The notes under the pieces: model-generated
The model's input: only the letters and a program-made list of their open reading frames with translations
The model's database searches: none
What the model was told of the DNA's origin: nothing
Made by a program: the position numbers and the translations under genes
Assembly: GCA_000182565.2 (NCBI GenBank)
Contig: KQ257457.1
DNA length: 64,000 nucleotides
Source of the DNA: Spizellomyces punctatus DAOM BR117
Taxonomy: Eukaryota
Direction: 5' to 3' (one strand)
Shown: in pieces, positions 28,561 through 42,247 of the stretch
How positions within the stretch are numbered: the first letter of the stretch is position 1
Layout of the letters: each line of letters opens with the position of its first letter

Positions 28561-30525
28561 CTATTGTGCAGGCCCAATTTGTGATTGATCTTGAAGGGAG
28601 TGTGCTGAGTCACCTCTGTCAGCCTTGGTCTTTTCCAATTCAACCTGCACAAGCTCCTCCATTGGGACGTCCTCCACACTCTCCTGTCTCTCAATCTCGT
28701 GTAGGACTTTCTTCTGTTCTTCAATCTGCTGACCATTCAAGTCCTCCGCAGCCGCCAATGCCAAGCATTGTCCGATCGTCCCCCTGTACTTTAAATGGCC
28801 CTCCACAATCGAGCTTACGTCAATATCTTCCACGCCCCGGACTTTAACAGGTGAGAGACCGGGTACCATGTATTTGATGTTCGTTGTGCGATAGAGAAAG
28901 GCGAGGAGCCAGTCATTTGTAGAGTAGCCGTTTACGATACGTCCTGAGACCACTCGTCGAATGGACCGCCAATAATCTCTGGATCCTGGCGCCGGAAGTC
29001 CGAACATGTAGGCATGCTCCACTATGCCATACGCGTTGCGGCGAGAGAGTTCGACAAGGCAATAAAAGATGGTACGGGCCCCCAGGGAATATCCTATCTA
29101 ATATACGTGATATTTGAGTGACATCATGTCCAGAACAACCGGAGGTATTTCAATAACCATACCAAAGTAACGGGCCGCTCTCCTTGGACCTTCTCAATTA
29201 AAACATCGGCCAATACTGCCCCAGTTTTCTTGGCTAAATCCATAGCATTTGACCATGGATTATCAATCAGTTTCCCGACCTGCAAGAGGCTGAGCGGCCA
29301 CAGTGCGGACATGAGGGAAGCCAGAACGGTTCGCTTAAGGATTTCGCTTTTAACATAGCCTATGGCCTGGGACTTGATCATCGCTGTCATTGCGCGACCA
29401 AGTTCCAAAAGAGATTGAACTTCCTGAAAAAGGAGGTCACAAGAGTCACCCCGAGGGAAATTTCCACAATATATGGCCACAAACCCATTGAAGAGCCTCG
29501 ACATCTCCAGAACCATCAACAATCGTCCAGGGTTCTCCCACGTCGTCCGCTGAGTTGAGCCAGCCAGTGACAGCAATTGTAACGTGGAGCCGGCTGTTCA
29601 CTTTTAACGGTTTGAAATCGAAATCAGTGACTTCTCGAGTTCGTTTCGCCACCATTTTGCCCGACATATCTATATTTCTGTAGTGGTCAGTAGATTCACA
29701 ATGCACTGGCTGAAAGAATACTTACGTCCTCCGTAAGCCCCAAACAGGGAGCCAATGACCATGCCACTGCTCGCCAAACCTCCGATCATCATCCCCGCTG
29801 CAGTACCGCTCAGCCCAACGGCGCCTAACACCGAAGCGAGTCCTGCTCCAACAAGCGGAGCAGCCAATCCACCAGTAACCCCAATCGCCACACCGCCCGC
29901 CAAGGTTGCTAACCCAATTTTCCAATTCCGGGATATCCTTCCCGTCTCTTCCCGCTTTGCTGCTGCTTCCTTGGTAGCCTTTATGGCTTGATCGGGGTGT
30001 TTGAGAGCTTGTTCCACGGATTCCTCATAGTCGGATGGAAACTGAAGGTGCAGCGAGTCTGAAAGACGACGGAGGAGCACGCGAGTTCGCGCATCGTATC
30101 GCTTAACGGTGGTTAATATGAGGAGGAGGAATGTGCGGAGTAGCGAGGCACGAGATGTTGGTGGAAGCTTTTTCAAAGGACTTTGTGCATCGCGTACGGT
30201 AAATTTAGACAGGATCTCTTCCATAGAAGTGGGGTGCTCTATCAATCGACGATGATCAGCGGGACTACCAATTTCTTGTAAAGCACAGAAGCAGACCTTT
30301 TTTATCCTTCTCTACAATCCCCAGCCACACCACCTCCAATAATCCCTTTGCCCATAGATCAAAGCTATTTATTGCAATCTTCTCATCTTCTGTTAATTGT
30401 CGCTTCACTGAAGAGTTCTCGCCTTCCTCCAATGCTTCGACGAGCTCGATCCTCATCTGACTAATGCAACTGACGCAGACATTGTAGAATGCTTGTGCTT
30501 GAGGTCCTGGCAGCGCATTTGACAT
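28561..30525 (-). CDS. DUF726/TMCO4 family alpha/beta-hydrolase-like protein
   Basis: YDARTRVLL, GLATLAGGVAIGVTGGLAAP, IDNPWS, QGERPVTL, GYSLGARTIF and VVSGRIVNGYSTNDWLL. Confidence 0.9.
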
Positions 30526-31165
30526 TTTCTTTGTTATCGGGTTTATCTTTTGTAAATTCAAGATACCTGCCTACTAAAAGCACCAGATGTTCGCGAGTCC
30601 GATCCCTGCGCCACGCTGATGTCATGCGCAGTCATCCTTAAACTCAGTGTTCCATCTACTGGGCAACTATCCATCTTAACGGACAGCTAGAGCAAACGTG
30701 AAGAGCAATCGCATGTGCTAAGAAGGATGGCCAGCACAAAGAAGCTGCTCGTAACGGACGAAGGGGCGGATTCCCAGCAGCTTCACTCTCCCATTTTACA
30801 CGAACCTCAGACATTTTATGGACAAACAAAGAGGGATGTTTCAAGGGAAGTGACTGAACAGACAGCGTCTGGTCAAATGGAACACAAAGCTTCAGCAGCG
30901 GCTGCAGGTGCGAAGATGGACAGTGGAATTGGCAAACTCCCTGTTAAAGTAGAACAATTCTATTCTCATTATCAGGTTCGAAGAAACATTCTATCGCACC
31001 AGAGTCGAAAGGAGGGTATTTTGGGGTTATTCCTGGCGAATGAAATGTTGAAGAAATTCTCGTCTTTTGAATTGTATCATCACCTTATTTGTCTATCGAT
31101 CATTTCGCTACATAACTACAGTGACAATTTCTACACTGCGAACCTTCCTAATCTACTACCTCACA

Positions 31166-34100
31166 CTATGACTGCATAGAAACAGCGGTCTTTGATCGAT
31201 TATGCTCAACCACGTCCACCTTTCTGCTTCCTTTGCGACTCTTCCTTCGTTTCTGTGGTTTCAGAATGGTTGCCGCTAAGGAGTCCTCTGCCGAAAAGGA
31301 TGGCATAACAAATTCCACATCCTTGTCGTCAGATTTTTCTGGTGGCACCAGTGTGATGAATGAACTTTGTGGTCTTTCAGTGTCATGGCCGTAGCAGGCT
31401 GGATGAAGGGCATGTAACCATCGCCCAACAATCTTGTCGTTTTCCTGACGAGCTGCTTCTTGTCGGGCTCTCAGGCGTGCCAGGAGAATCTACGTTGAGA
31501 GATTGCACTGTTAGTCTCGCCCGATCTAAATTGCGACAAGAAAAGCTTACGTCAAGCCAATCCATGTGCGGACCGGTCATCTCTGCTGGTAACATTCGTA
31601 ATTGTATCATCATACTACGAAGAGAATGCTTTGTATCTACGCCGAAAATTGCGAGACTTCTCATAGCAGATTTTCTAAGTGCATGCTTTAGAAATCTGGC
31701 CGTTGCTTCATCTGAGCCAAGCTTACCGAACGTCCTCAATCGGATCCACCAATCTCGCGATCAAAGCCTGAATCAAATACGGATTATATACGCCGTATTT
31801 GACCAAGTTTGAGCACATACGAGATCGGAGCTGCCAGTCGCGGTCATTGAAACTCTCTAGTTGGGGTAGGATGAAGTCTTGCACAGGGTTGCGAAAGTCG
31901 TCTTGAAATGTTTGGTAGAGATAGAGTAGGGAATCAGAAGCTTCGCATTTTTCGGACCAATATCCTGTTTTGAGAACTTTGAAGAGAGCTCCCAGAATGT
32001 TCTGAAGCGTAACATCTTTATCCTGGACATTGCAAAGATACTTAGAATAGTCGTTATGCAATACGAGCGTACCATGTCATACACTTACGCCAAGACCAGG
32101 AAACCAAAACTTGTCCATAATGGCTTGAAGCTCTGGCACAATCTCTGACTCTTCCCAAACCTCGTTCGGTTTCTTTGGCGTTCTTCCGTGCCGTTCGCGG
32201 TGCTTCTCGGCCGGGGCAGGCTGCTGATGTGGAACTGGCGACCGTCTTTTATTCTCAGACGCCAAACCGGATTTGGGCGTTTGAGTTAGCACATTTTGCA
32301 GAGGCTGTTTCTTCTTTCTGGTGACAGATTTTGGACTATCTTGTACTTCAGGAAGCTTTTGAGCATTGCCCCGCTTTTGACTGGGCTTCCCTCCAATGAT
32401 GTGAATCGGAATCGGTTTCGAAGCCCCGAAATTGGTTTCGGTCACTCCTACTTTACCAGGAGTTATCTGTATGATCTGGCCTATGGCAACGCTCCCCGAT
32501 CTGAGAATCTTTTTGGGGGTTGCAGCGGCAAGGGCTCGTTCAAAGAGCTCCTGCGCTCGCTGCGCAGCAGCTTGCTCTACAGCTGCCTCCATCTTTGCTT
32601 GGTTTGCAGCTTCCGCGGCTTCTATGGCGCTTTTCCGTGCTGCCTCTGCCGCTGCTGTTTTGGCTCGACCAAGAGCTTCTGCTTTAGCTGCCTCTTCAGT
32701 GTGTAGGGCCCTTATCCTCCAGGCTGCAGCTGCTTCCAGTGCCTCTTGCCGAATTCGCGCTGCCTCCGGGGATTCACTCTCTTCAACTCTGGTGCGCCCG
32801 GCATGAACAGATTTGGCCGTTGGATCTGGCTCGATCTCCACTGGCATTGTGGTGTCATCAACCGATCCCCTCGCAGCTCTCTCAGCTGCAAGCTGCGCCC
32901 GACGTCGTTCTATAATGGCTCTAGCCTTGGACACCATCTCCTTGTCCTTTTCTCGGCGCTCTTGCTCCTGCACAAGTCGCTTTTGTTCAAGAGCTGGTTT
33001 TGTTTGTCCTGCCATGACGGAGTTCGGGAGAACGCCTAGGCGCTCCATGCGGTTCCGGATATTGATTTGTCGAGATGGAGCTTCAGGCGTCTGTTGGCGT
33101 GGGGGTGGTGCTAAGGTGGACTTGCGCCCCTTGCGGGATAATGCTCTCGGGGAATGCCGAGTGCGAGGAGAGGGCGTTACCCGCTCTCCTGTACGAAGTT
33201 CTAATACTCTTCCTATAAAATATGTCAACCACACGAAATCATTCCGACAAAGTGTCTGAATTATGGTGCATCACCTTTTCGACGACCTAGTCCTGGTCCC
33301 TTGCCATCAGGATAATTTGGACCGAGCTGTGAAGGCGGCTCCAGTCCAGCTTCCCATATAGCTCCCCCTGTTCGCTGCAAGCAAAGCATTAAAGTAACCG
33401 CTCCGGAATAGCAATCTTCTGATACCTTATCTACCTTGACTCCATCTTCACCCCCAACCACGGAAACACGTCGCTGCTCATCTGAGCGGGCCACTGAAAA
33501 ACGCCGTGGCTCATCTGGCCTAACGACTGAACGTCGTGGTTCATCAGACTTTACAACTGAACGTCGTGGTTCGTCATGTTTGATTGCTTTTGGCCTCTGC
33601 GTAGAATGTTTGAGGTCTGCAAAGGCAGAACAGTAGACCATTTGCATGCAGCTTACCGTGAGCATACCACCTCCTTCAACCTCTTGAACAAGTTCTCCTG
33701 GCTGGTGCAAGCTTTGTTCCCCTCCGTCTACCTGATGTGATGCTTATCGTTATAACGTTGCACACTTGCGCTATCAAGCCATCTCCTCACCTCCATTTCT
33801 CCTTCCTCATCCTCGTCGTCCCAAAGTCCCTTTCCCCGTCCTGGAAAATCTGCCGTGCTAACTCTTCGCCCACCCAAGCTGCCCCTCCGCATTGATAAAC
33901 GTCTTTTATACCGGAATTTTCCAGCTATACACTCAATGGATTGGAGGCTCGATGATGTGGGAGCGGACACGGATAGGCGATGTGCGGTGATGGCTTGGGG
34001 AAAAGCCACGATTTCGGTAGACAAATCGACATCTTCTTCCGTTAAGGTATCCATGGGAAGTGTTGAGGGGGGGAAGAAGCTTACGGGGCTGAAATCTCGA

Positions 34101-37100
34101 TGACCCGATGGGTCGTTGAGGGTTATCAATTCGTAGGAGTGACTAGATCTGCTGTATGAGCGGGTCACGGTAACGGCGGGTTTCTCCTTTATGACAATAA
34201 ATGTTATATTGCGCCAAGGCAAAATTCGAGTATCCAATGGATTATACCTCGATCCTCTTCTCTTCCCTCCTCTTTTCCAATTCCTCTAGGGCAAGACTTG
34301 TTGGATCTGGTCCGTCATTTTTCAAACTTTACGGCAGTCTTAGTCTGCAGATACTGCTACCAATTAACAAAACGGAACTTACTTCTCATCAACATGCCAT
34401 CTCACAGCCCCATCTCCTCCATTCGCTCGATACAATTCCCAGAAATCTAGACTGGAATCAAACATCGTTGGATCTTCCACGGGATCATCCGGCCAGTTTC
34501 CGTGGTCAAGCAGAACGCAAAGGTAAGGTACTGGTAGATAATCTTGTACCCGAACAACGACAATTTGCTCGGGGAGAGAAATGAGAAGATCCCCCCGTTG
34601 ATTTGCAAATGTAAGAGTGGTGATAGGTTCGGCAAATTGAAGCTCACTGAAATTTAGGGATTCTATCAATTATGGTCAACACCTGTCGAAGCATGATCAA
34701 TATGCAACTTGCCGTATGAGGGCATTGTCAACTGCATCCCAAATTTTAACGACCCCATCCGTGCTTGCCGACGCAAAGATTCTGATGGCCTCACACGAGG
34801 CAATTTTCGTGACGTCGTTAGTGTGATCATCATCGATTGGATGCGGCTTCTTTATGCCTTTAAGAAATACTCATGAGTATGCAACGTATGGTCAATTCGT
34901 AGCCCCTTGACTTGCCTATTTGCTTTCCATCACATTCAAGACAAAATATCCGTCCACCCACAGCACATGCCATTACCTCCTTTCGCGAATTCCAAGCCAT
35001 TTGCTTCACGGGACCGCTAGGAATGGAAATGGCTGCGATTGAATTCAGCGTTACCACGAGTGGGCTGTCTGAAAAATATTCTGTAAGCGATTCCGGGGTT
35101 GAATTTGTAAGGATTGAGAGCGGGGTATCGGCAGGAACGCTGATTGACCAGATTCTGATGATGCTGTCTGATAGAGACAAATGTTAGCTGTACTGCATCG
35201 AGAAAGTGGGAAAGTAAGATACCTACCTTTTCCGCTGGTGAAGAGCTTTCTTTTTTCCACGTCATACAAGATTGCAGTGATTTCTGCTGCATGTGCCTAC
35301 AAGACCATGGAGGTGAGCAATGTACGTACCACGAAACTCATTCAAGTAACTTACCTGCGCTACAATACTCTGTTTACCTTCCTGTCGTATATCAACCACC
35401 ACAATCTGTCCGGTATCCGTCCCACCTAGCAGTGCGTAGACAGTGGGAGGTAGAGCAGCTCCTGAGTAGTATGGGACAGGAGGCCAAGGTGAAAGGGCCG
35501 CCATGCACATTATTCGTGTCTTGTTGGCTACCACTGGCTTGTAAGCTGGAGAAAAATGAGACAGGATACTGAGGAAAACTTACAGGCGACCTTCCATTCC
35601 CCAATAATCGCACAGGGGTTCGTATTGGTACCGTACACGGCAATGGTGCCGTTTTCGGATAACAGCCAGGCACGATCTGCCGAAATGTATTGAAATGGCA
35701 GATATTTATAAGTGGCTAGATCAATATCGCTTAAGGAAGAAAACATCCCTTACTTTGTGTGACATCATACACTGCATCCAAAGTTGCTATATCGCTCATC
35801 ACCGGGAACCCCATTGCCAAGACTGCGCCAGTGACGGGTGACAAGAGTCGCAAGGAACCGTCTTCTGCGATGGATAGGATACGAGCCGGGAGGGAAGGAT
35901 GCTCGCTGCGGTGAAGTTGCGTTGCCTGAGATCTGACGTAGAAGTCAGAAAGTGAAGAAGGATTGACAGAGGAGGGCGTGATTTACCGGATGTATGCAAA
36001 CGTCGTATAAAAGCGGTTCAGATTCCATAGGCATATCCGATCCTTGGCATAGTGAAGAAAAGTCTCCTTATCCTGCTTGATCCACTGAATTCCCAGACAT
36101 TCAGATGGGGTTTGCAAGCTTTTATCGTAAAATAAATAAACAAAATACTGTACATGCTTTCAATTAAAAGAGACATACCAGTAGGTGCAAACACCAACGT
36201 CAGCATTCCACATCCTGATCGTTCCATCTAAGGAGCACGACAAGAAAAAAGGTGTAGCCGCCAAAGCTTCTAAACTCCGTCCATTTCTTGCAGGAGGCGG
36301 GGGAATGATGGCTAACCCCGTCACAGCGTGTGAATGATCGTGGAGTTCATGAATAAGATTGTTTTGTCTATTCCATACTTTAACTAAAACATATATGGTA
36401 GTGTTAATTGTGGGAAGTGAACAGAGAACCCTTAAATTCATACTAGTAGAATCTCGCGAAGCCGTGATCAGAGTTCCGAGAGGTTCATAAAGAGCCATGG
36501 CGGTGATCGACAGTTCATGCATATCCCGGAGCACATCCAATCTTTCGCCAGATTCATAGTCGTATATCTATTTTACTGAACATATCAGCGAAATGATTTC
36601 TGGTAAAGAATTCCAGTGATTCTCACATGGATCCTGTTCCCCAGTGCGGCATAAATTCTGTTCGAGGGTTTTTGATATATTGTGTGTGAGACCCAATCCT
36701 CAACACCGAGATCTTCAATAGCGAGGCGAGGAGTGTCGAAGCCGTAGGCCAGACGGCTGCTGTTCAATTAAATCACTATTTAGTTTACCACAAGAAGATG
36801 AAGGAGATGCACTCTGCGCAAGGATGACGTTTACCCATCCGCGATTCGCTTAAACTTCCAAATCTAAGAACGAATAGTACTTCGTAAGTACGCTTGGAAT
36901 ACTTCAGTCCCACTTAAAATGGCCTAGTACCCTTATATTACCGACGCCGCCTGCAATAAGCTCGTCTGTATCGTCGCAGAATTCAAGGCTGCGGAGTAGT
37001 TGATTAACCACCGTTTCTAAGCCAATCTGAAACGTTTTTGTTTACCTTAGGACAGGCTTCACGCTCGAAACAGCAGCAAGCTCTTCAAAATTCGTATCCA

Positions 37101-37801
37101 AAATCTATCTCCCCAGCAAATTAGTATATCTCATGCAGAAATTGCTCAATGAGTCCTACCTTTAACTCCAAATGCAAGGTGGCAATCACCACCACCTTCC
37201 ACTTGGCCACGTACAGCCACCTACTCAGTCCTGCCACAGATGTTTTGGCCGTCCCCTTTTCCCCGCCATTTGCAATCTGAGCAATCCTCGTGCTACCCCG
37301 CCAGATATTTACATTATGACTATCCAAACTGGCGATGCGGTCGTTGTGGGGAGATGAGATGTAGATGGCAGATTTGACCGTAGGGCGATGGTGTGGGAGG
37401 ACTCGTGCTGGCTGGAAACCATGAGGTATTGTTGTAGGTAGGACAGGGGTGGGATTGGAGGATGGGGAAGCAGAGCGAAAAGTACCGGATTTGACAAGCG
37501 ATTGTGTGCCGGCTAGCCCAAATTGGCTACTTGACGGCGAGGATGAGAAATGAGGTGATCGAGCTACGATCGATGCTATTTGGCGCTTGATAGTCCGCCA
37601 TGGTTGAATGAGGAGGCCGACGAGTTGGGTCTCGTCCAATATCTCATCAAGGCTTTGTGTGCTTTCGCCTGACGTGGCGAAAGCTTCCAAGGATGGGGGA
37701 TCTGATGAGTGGGTGTTCGATGAGTCACCATCGTCGATGGAGGTTTCTCTCCCTCCTTCTCGGGAAGCTGTCAATGCAATTCTTCCTTTGAGGGCGACCA
37801 T
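31166..37801 (-). CDS. Large multi-exon WD40 protein with low-complexity/coiled-coil middle and HEAT-like C-terminus (WDR87/WDR97-like)
   Basis: Many WD40 ends (SRDSTIKVWN, SLDGTIRMWN, STDGVVKIWD) followed by RELQFAEPITTLTFANQRGDLLI...QDYLP, which resembles WDR87/97. The start codon is uncertain. Confidence 0.7.
33462..33578 (-). repeat. Coding tandem repeat, about 4 x 10-11 aa (DEPRRSVVxx)
   Basis: DEPRRSVVKS DEPRRSVVRP DEPRRFSVARS DEQRRVSVV in ORF 33261-33710. Confidence 0.8.
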
Positions 37802-38421
37802 CCGTCGAAAAACCAGGTCGAACCTGCCAAGATCAGCAATAGTTTTTAGTACAGCTTAGTTCCGCGTATTGAACTCTCTGATTACGAAATACAAACTTCA
37901 TCTGATCGGACTATTTTCTTTGAATAAACAACCGACACGTGCAGCTCTCCCGTAGATTCAAGCATCATTTAAGGATATTGCAGACCCAAGGACCCAAAGG
38001 GTATTCCAGGTTTTGGATTTGTTGAAATGACACCATAGTCATTTGAATTAGATACATTTCTAGACCTATTATCATCAATGAATGCTGATGCAGCGGGCAG
38101 CGGCTAAAACTATCCATGTCCTTTACTTTCCGACGTACCCCATCATGACGCCAGATGCCAAACCTACCACCATGCGCGAGCAGGCGGGCCCCATCATGCT
38201 GAATCGAATAAGGAGATCCGCAACCTTCAAAAAATCTGGCAGTCCGAAGTGTCTGGACACGCCTGCTGGAAATCACATGAGTCGCGCGCTTCTTTACCAG
38301 AGCTCGCGTTCACTACACACGCACTGAGATTAACGACTTGGTGATCCAGCTTGGAGACTCGGTGCAGGACACTCAAGGAGGCGGGGATCTCGAGATTGAC
38401 GTGATCTGGAAAGTATCTGAT

Positions 38422-40715
38422 ATGGCGCGTGGAGGCGCTGGACGAGCTGCTGCTGAAAAGGTATGTTGAGCGTACGCAGAAGCGGGACTCTCAAGCTTGT
38501 CAACCAACATGAGACCTTCGACGCACCGACCTTCTGTTATTCACCTAATGTAGACTGCAAAGTCCCAGAAGAAATCACTGACCGTAGACGACAAGGAAAA
38601 TCTGTCACAAAAGCAAAAGGAGAAGGCGGCCAAACGCAAAACCTCGCTTGTGTCAGATATCGCGCATGGGAAACGGAAGAGGGTACCAGCTGTAACTATT
38701 GAAAACGTCGTGGGTAGTGTTATCAAACGTATGTTTCGGAGTTGCTTCGATATTATGGCCGATTTTGACCAGTTTTTTGGACAGCGCCGAAAAGGGTACC
38801 GAAGAAAACCGCGGCGGGAGCCAAGGCACAGCCAGAGGAGGATGACAGCGATCTGAACAATGATGAGCTCGTTGGAGTACCGATTCATTCGCGCATTATA
38901 TCGAATGATTCAGAGGATGATTTGACTGCCAGTGGTAATTCTTCTTGTTGGAGACAAAGCGCAATGCAAAAGGAGACATACCAAGCAATACCTTTGATAC
39001 AGCTCCTCCGCCAAAGAAGACAAAAAGTGGGACTGCACGAACGAATGATGAGCCATCCGATGTACCGTCTGCAATTAGCGTAGATATACCACGCAAAAGC
39101 AATGCTAGATCAAGCCAAGATAATCATAAATCAGACGCCTTGGGAAACAAGAATCAGCTGCCGCGTGAAAACCGCAAAACGCCGGTCGTAAGACAACCTC
39201 CAGTGCGAAAGTCGAAGGCGAAAAAGACAGTGAACAGAGAAAGCAGATCCTCCGTTGCCGCCCAGGCGGCCGATAATAATACTGAGACAAAATCCGATGC
39301 AGCACGTCGCTCTTCTGTCGAAGAGTCAGACGCGGATATGGATATAAATATTAGGCCAGAGGAAGCAGTAAGCAGTGATGATGGAGAACGAGTTATCGTA
39401 AAGGGGGCCGACGTGCGGCGAGCGAATGAAAATCGGAATAATGGACCAAAGCAGCGGGAATACATGAAACCGGTGGTTGTAGAGAAGAAGGTTGACATAC
39501 CCGAGACGAATGACTATGAAACGGTTGGTACATAAGTGTGCTTGGGACATGCTGTATCCGTGATGCTTGGCCAACCGGTGCCTTAATCTTAGCTCAAAGC
39601 TGCATTCCAAGAATTGCAAGACCGATACGAGGCATTGAAAAATACGGGAGTAAAGGAGGCAGAGGAACGGTTTGAGCAGTACAAAAAGACCGCAGAGGCG
39701 CGTTTGAAAGGTATCCGATACTGTGCAAGAAATTAAGCCAAGCATTGTCGTAATCTGCCTCCTTTCAAACTCCAGCCTGTGAGGACTACAATGAAAGGCT
39801 CAAGCGGGACGTTGAACGCCTTCGAGAAGAGTCACAGGCCAATACACGCGTGCAGAAAGATCTGAAGAAGCAGTTGAAGACTGCTTTGGCAGATGCAGCA
39901 GAAGCGCAGGAGGCATTGGCGCGAAAGGAGGCTGAGGATACCGCTACTAAAAAAGCCCAACAAACAAAGCAGCAAAAGGAAGCTGATGCGGCAGCAGCAG
40001 GAAATGCAAGTAGAGAGGAGGTAGATGAGCTTCAGCGTGAGGTACATGAGCTACAGCAGAAGGAGAAGACCCTGTTGGAGCAAGTGGATAGTTTGAAAAA
40101 GAACGGTATGGAGGATGTAGTTCGACCAAGCGTGCACTGTTGCAAGACGAATGAACCTTTATTCTTGCGCGTTTTAGCTACGTTGCTCAAATCCGAGCTG
40201 CAGACCGCTAAACAGAATATCACTAAATTGGACCAAGAAGCAAAATCCCAAGGCTCTCAGATTCAGCGTCTGCAACAACACGACCGTTACCTCATTACCG
40301 TGGAGCGAATGGTACGGATATACGAGGAACTGACGGGTGTGACCATTCAATCCGTTGAAGATGTCAAGAGGACGGTTGAAAATGAGACCGGAGAGAACAT
40401 GAAAGAGCAGGTTGTCGTCTACAAATGTCGGCAAAAGGGGCGAGGTGGAGGTGAGTCGCATACTGTCTTTAACGTCGCAGGATTTGTGTTGACCAGAATC
40501 TATCAGTGTTGGATTACAATCTAATGACACCATCCGATGCACCTTCCTCCTCCTCGAATAGCAGCAATGTAATGTACACCTACCAGCCCATCCTCCGCAA
40601 TCAGCACAGCAGCGCTGCAGATGTACCAGACTGGCTCCAAACTCCGATTGAATTTGAAAAGGACATGTGTAGCATGTTCTTTTGGAGGGTTTGTGACTAT
40701 TTGCAAGGACAGTAG
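38422..40715 (+). CDS. Monopolin subunit Csm1/Pcs1-like
   Basis: Disordered N-terminus and a coiled coil (ELQDRYEALKNTGVKEAEERFEQYKK). The C-terminal RWD-like Csm1 domain reads YEELTGVTI...YKCRQKGRGG...YTYQP...PDWLQTPIEF...FFWRV. Confidence 0.8.
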
Positions 40716-40896
40716 GTCCGTGGGGTGTGATGCCCTGCTTTTTCAACAGCAGAGAACAAGATCTTTGCTCGCGCGCTTTGTAAAGTGTAGTTTTGGCTAG
40801 TAATGCCATTTGGTTATACGTATTATAGTAATCTAACTGTGTAATAGAATGCACTACGGCTTTTCGACGCCAACTCTTTGCAAGAGGCCGTTTCTC

Positions 40897-41649
40897 TCAT
40901 TCCTTTTTCTTTCCCACCTCCATAATCCCATCCTCATCACCATACAATAATCTCTGAGGCAACTGGCGAAACTCTACGCCTCCCTTCCCGTCAAAGTCCG
41001 CTACCCACGTCACATCAAACCTCTTTTTATTCCATTTGGGTACCTTGTCATTGGGTACACCCAATGCCTTGACGAGATCGGGGAGCTGTTGATGGGCCCA
41101 GGAAATAAGTACTGTTTTATCCTTGTACACTCCGGAGCGAAGGAGTTGTACGAGGGAGGGGAGGTTAGATTTCGTGTAGAGGTGGAAGGGCACTTTATGG
41201 GGCTCCAATGCTTTGACGAGTCTAAAAGCAAAAATGTCACACACCTCGTCAACTCCTTTAATAAAAGAACGAAACACTCACGGCTCCACCGTCTCCTTTG
41301 GCCTCAAACTCAATCCCCACCCGCCAACCTCATCCACATTCTGCGCAACCACCGCCCCCCAAGGCCTCCGTTCCAGCAATTGGAGAATCTCTTCTCTATG
41401 CAAGAAATACGCAACGAGAGCTTGAGCGCGTTCGTATCCTTTTGGTGATAGAATGTGTGTATCGACGTATTCGGACTTTTGGAGGGCTGTGGGTTGGTTA
41501 CCGGATGACCACGGGAGTTTTTCGGCGTGCCGGATGAGAAGGACGGTTATTGGGTGAGGGATTGGTGGGGCGGACATTGTGGGTGCCAGTGGTGATAGAT
41601 GGGAGGTGAAGAAAGGTCGTCGGGAGAAAAGCGTTTTGCTGAATGACAT
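40897..41649 (-). CDS. Histidine phosphatase (phosphoglycerate mutase-like) superfamily protein, 2 exons
   Basis: VLLIRHAEK, LSPKGYERAQAL, RPKETVEP and VLISWAH. An alternative ATG lies at 41577. Confidence 0.8.
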
Positions 41650-42247
41650 GAAGTGAGGCTTGGGCCTCGGACGGTTTGCACGTGTGTTATGCAACTGCTT
41701 GGCCTTTTGGGACAGCGATGGCACTATGTCCTTCCATACGTCACTACCATCATTATATTATCGTCAATTATATACTAGTACTTGAATGTAAACCACTGGG
41801 TATTATCACCACTTTGTGTAGTTGTGATCTGTACGGACAAGACCACCAACAAATCCGATCCTTTTGAGAACAGGGCATCTATAGGAGATCCCAAAACACT
41901 AGCAGTATTCCACGTATATCTGTGGAGGTGAACTATACGCAGTATACGCAGTATACGCAAGCGGGGTGGGTATCAGTAACGGGTTTCGTATAAAGCGTTA
42001 AACCAAGAAGCGCTAGTGAGGGGACATTGTTCGATCTCGCAAGCGTACCAAGGATATCAGGATGATGAGTTTATAGACTGGTAAGCAGTGAGCGGACACA
42101 TAATGATTGAACATGTGATCCAAAAGGATATAAACTATTCTAACATGTCTAAATCCAGGATAGGGAAAGAAAATCCCATCCAAAATATAAATATAATAAA
42201 AAAGAAAAAAAAACGACAAATAAAATCCTATACAAGAATTCTCCTAG

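Noticed and set aside
30715-31179. 154-aa plus-strand ORF between the DUF726 and WD40 genes
   Set aside because: No recognisable motifs. It overlaps the expected 3' UTR and promoter of the flanking minus-strand genes, so it cannot be supported.
41278-41280. Apparent premature stop or frameshift in the histidine phosphatase
   Set aside because: Explained by a canonical GTGAGT...TAG intron.
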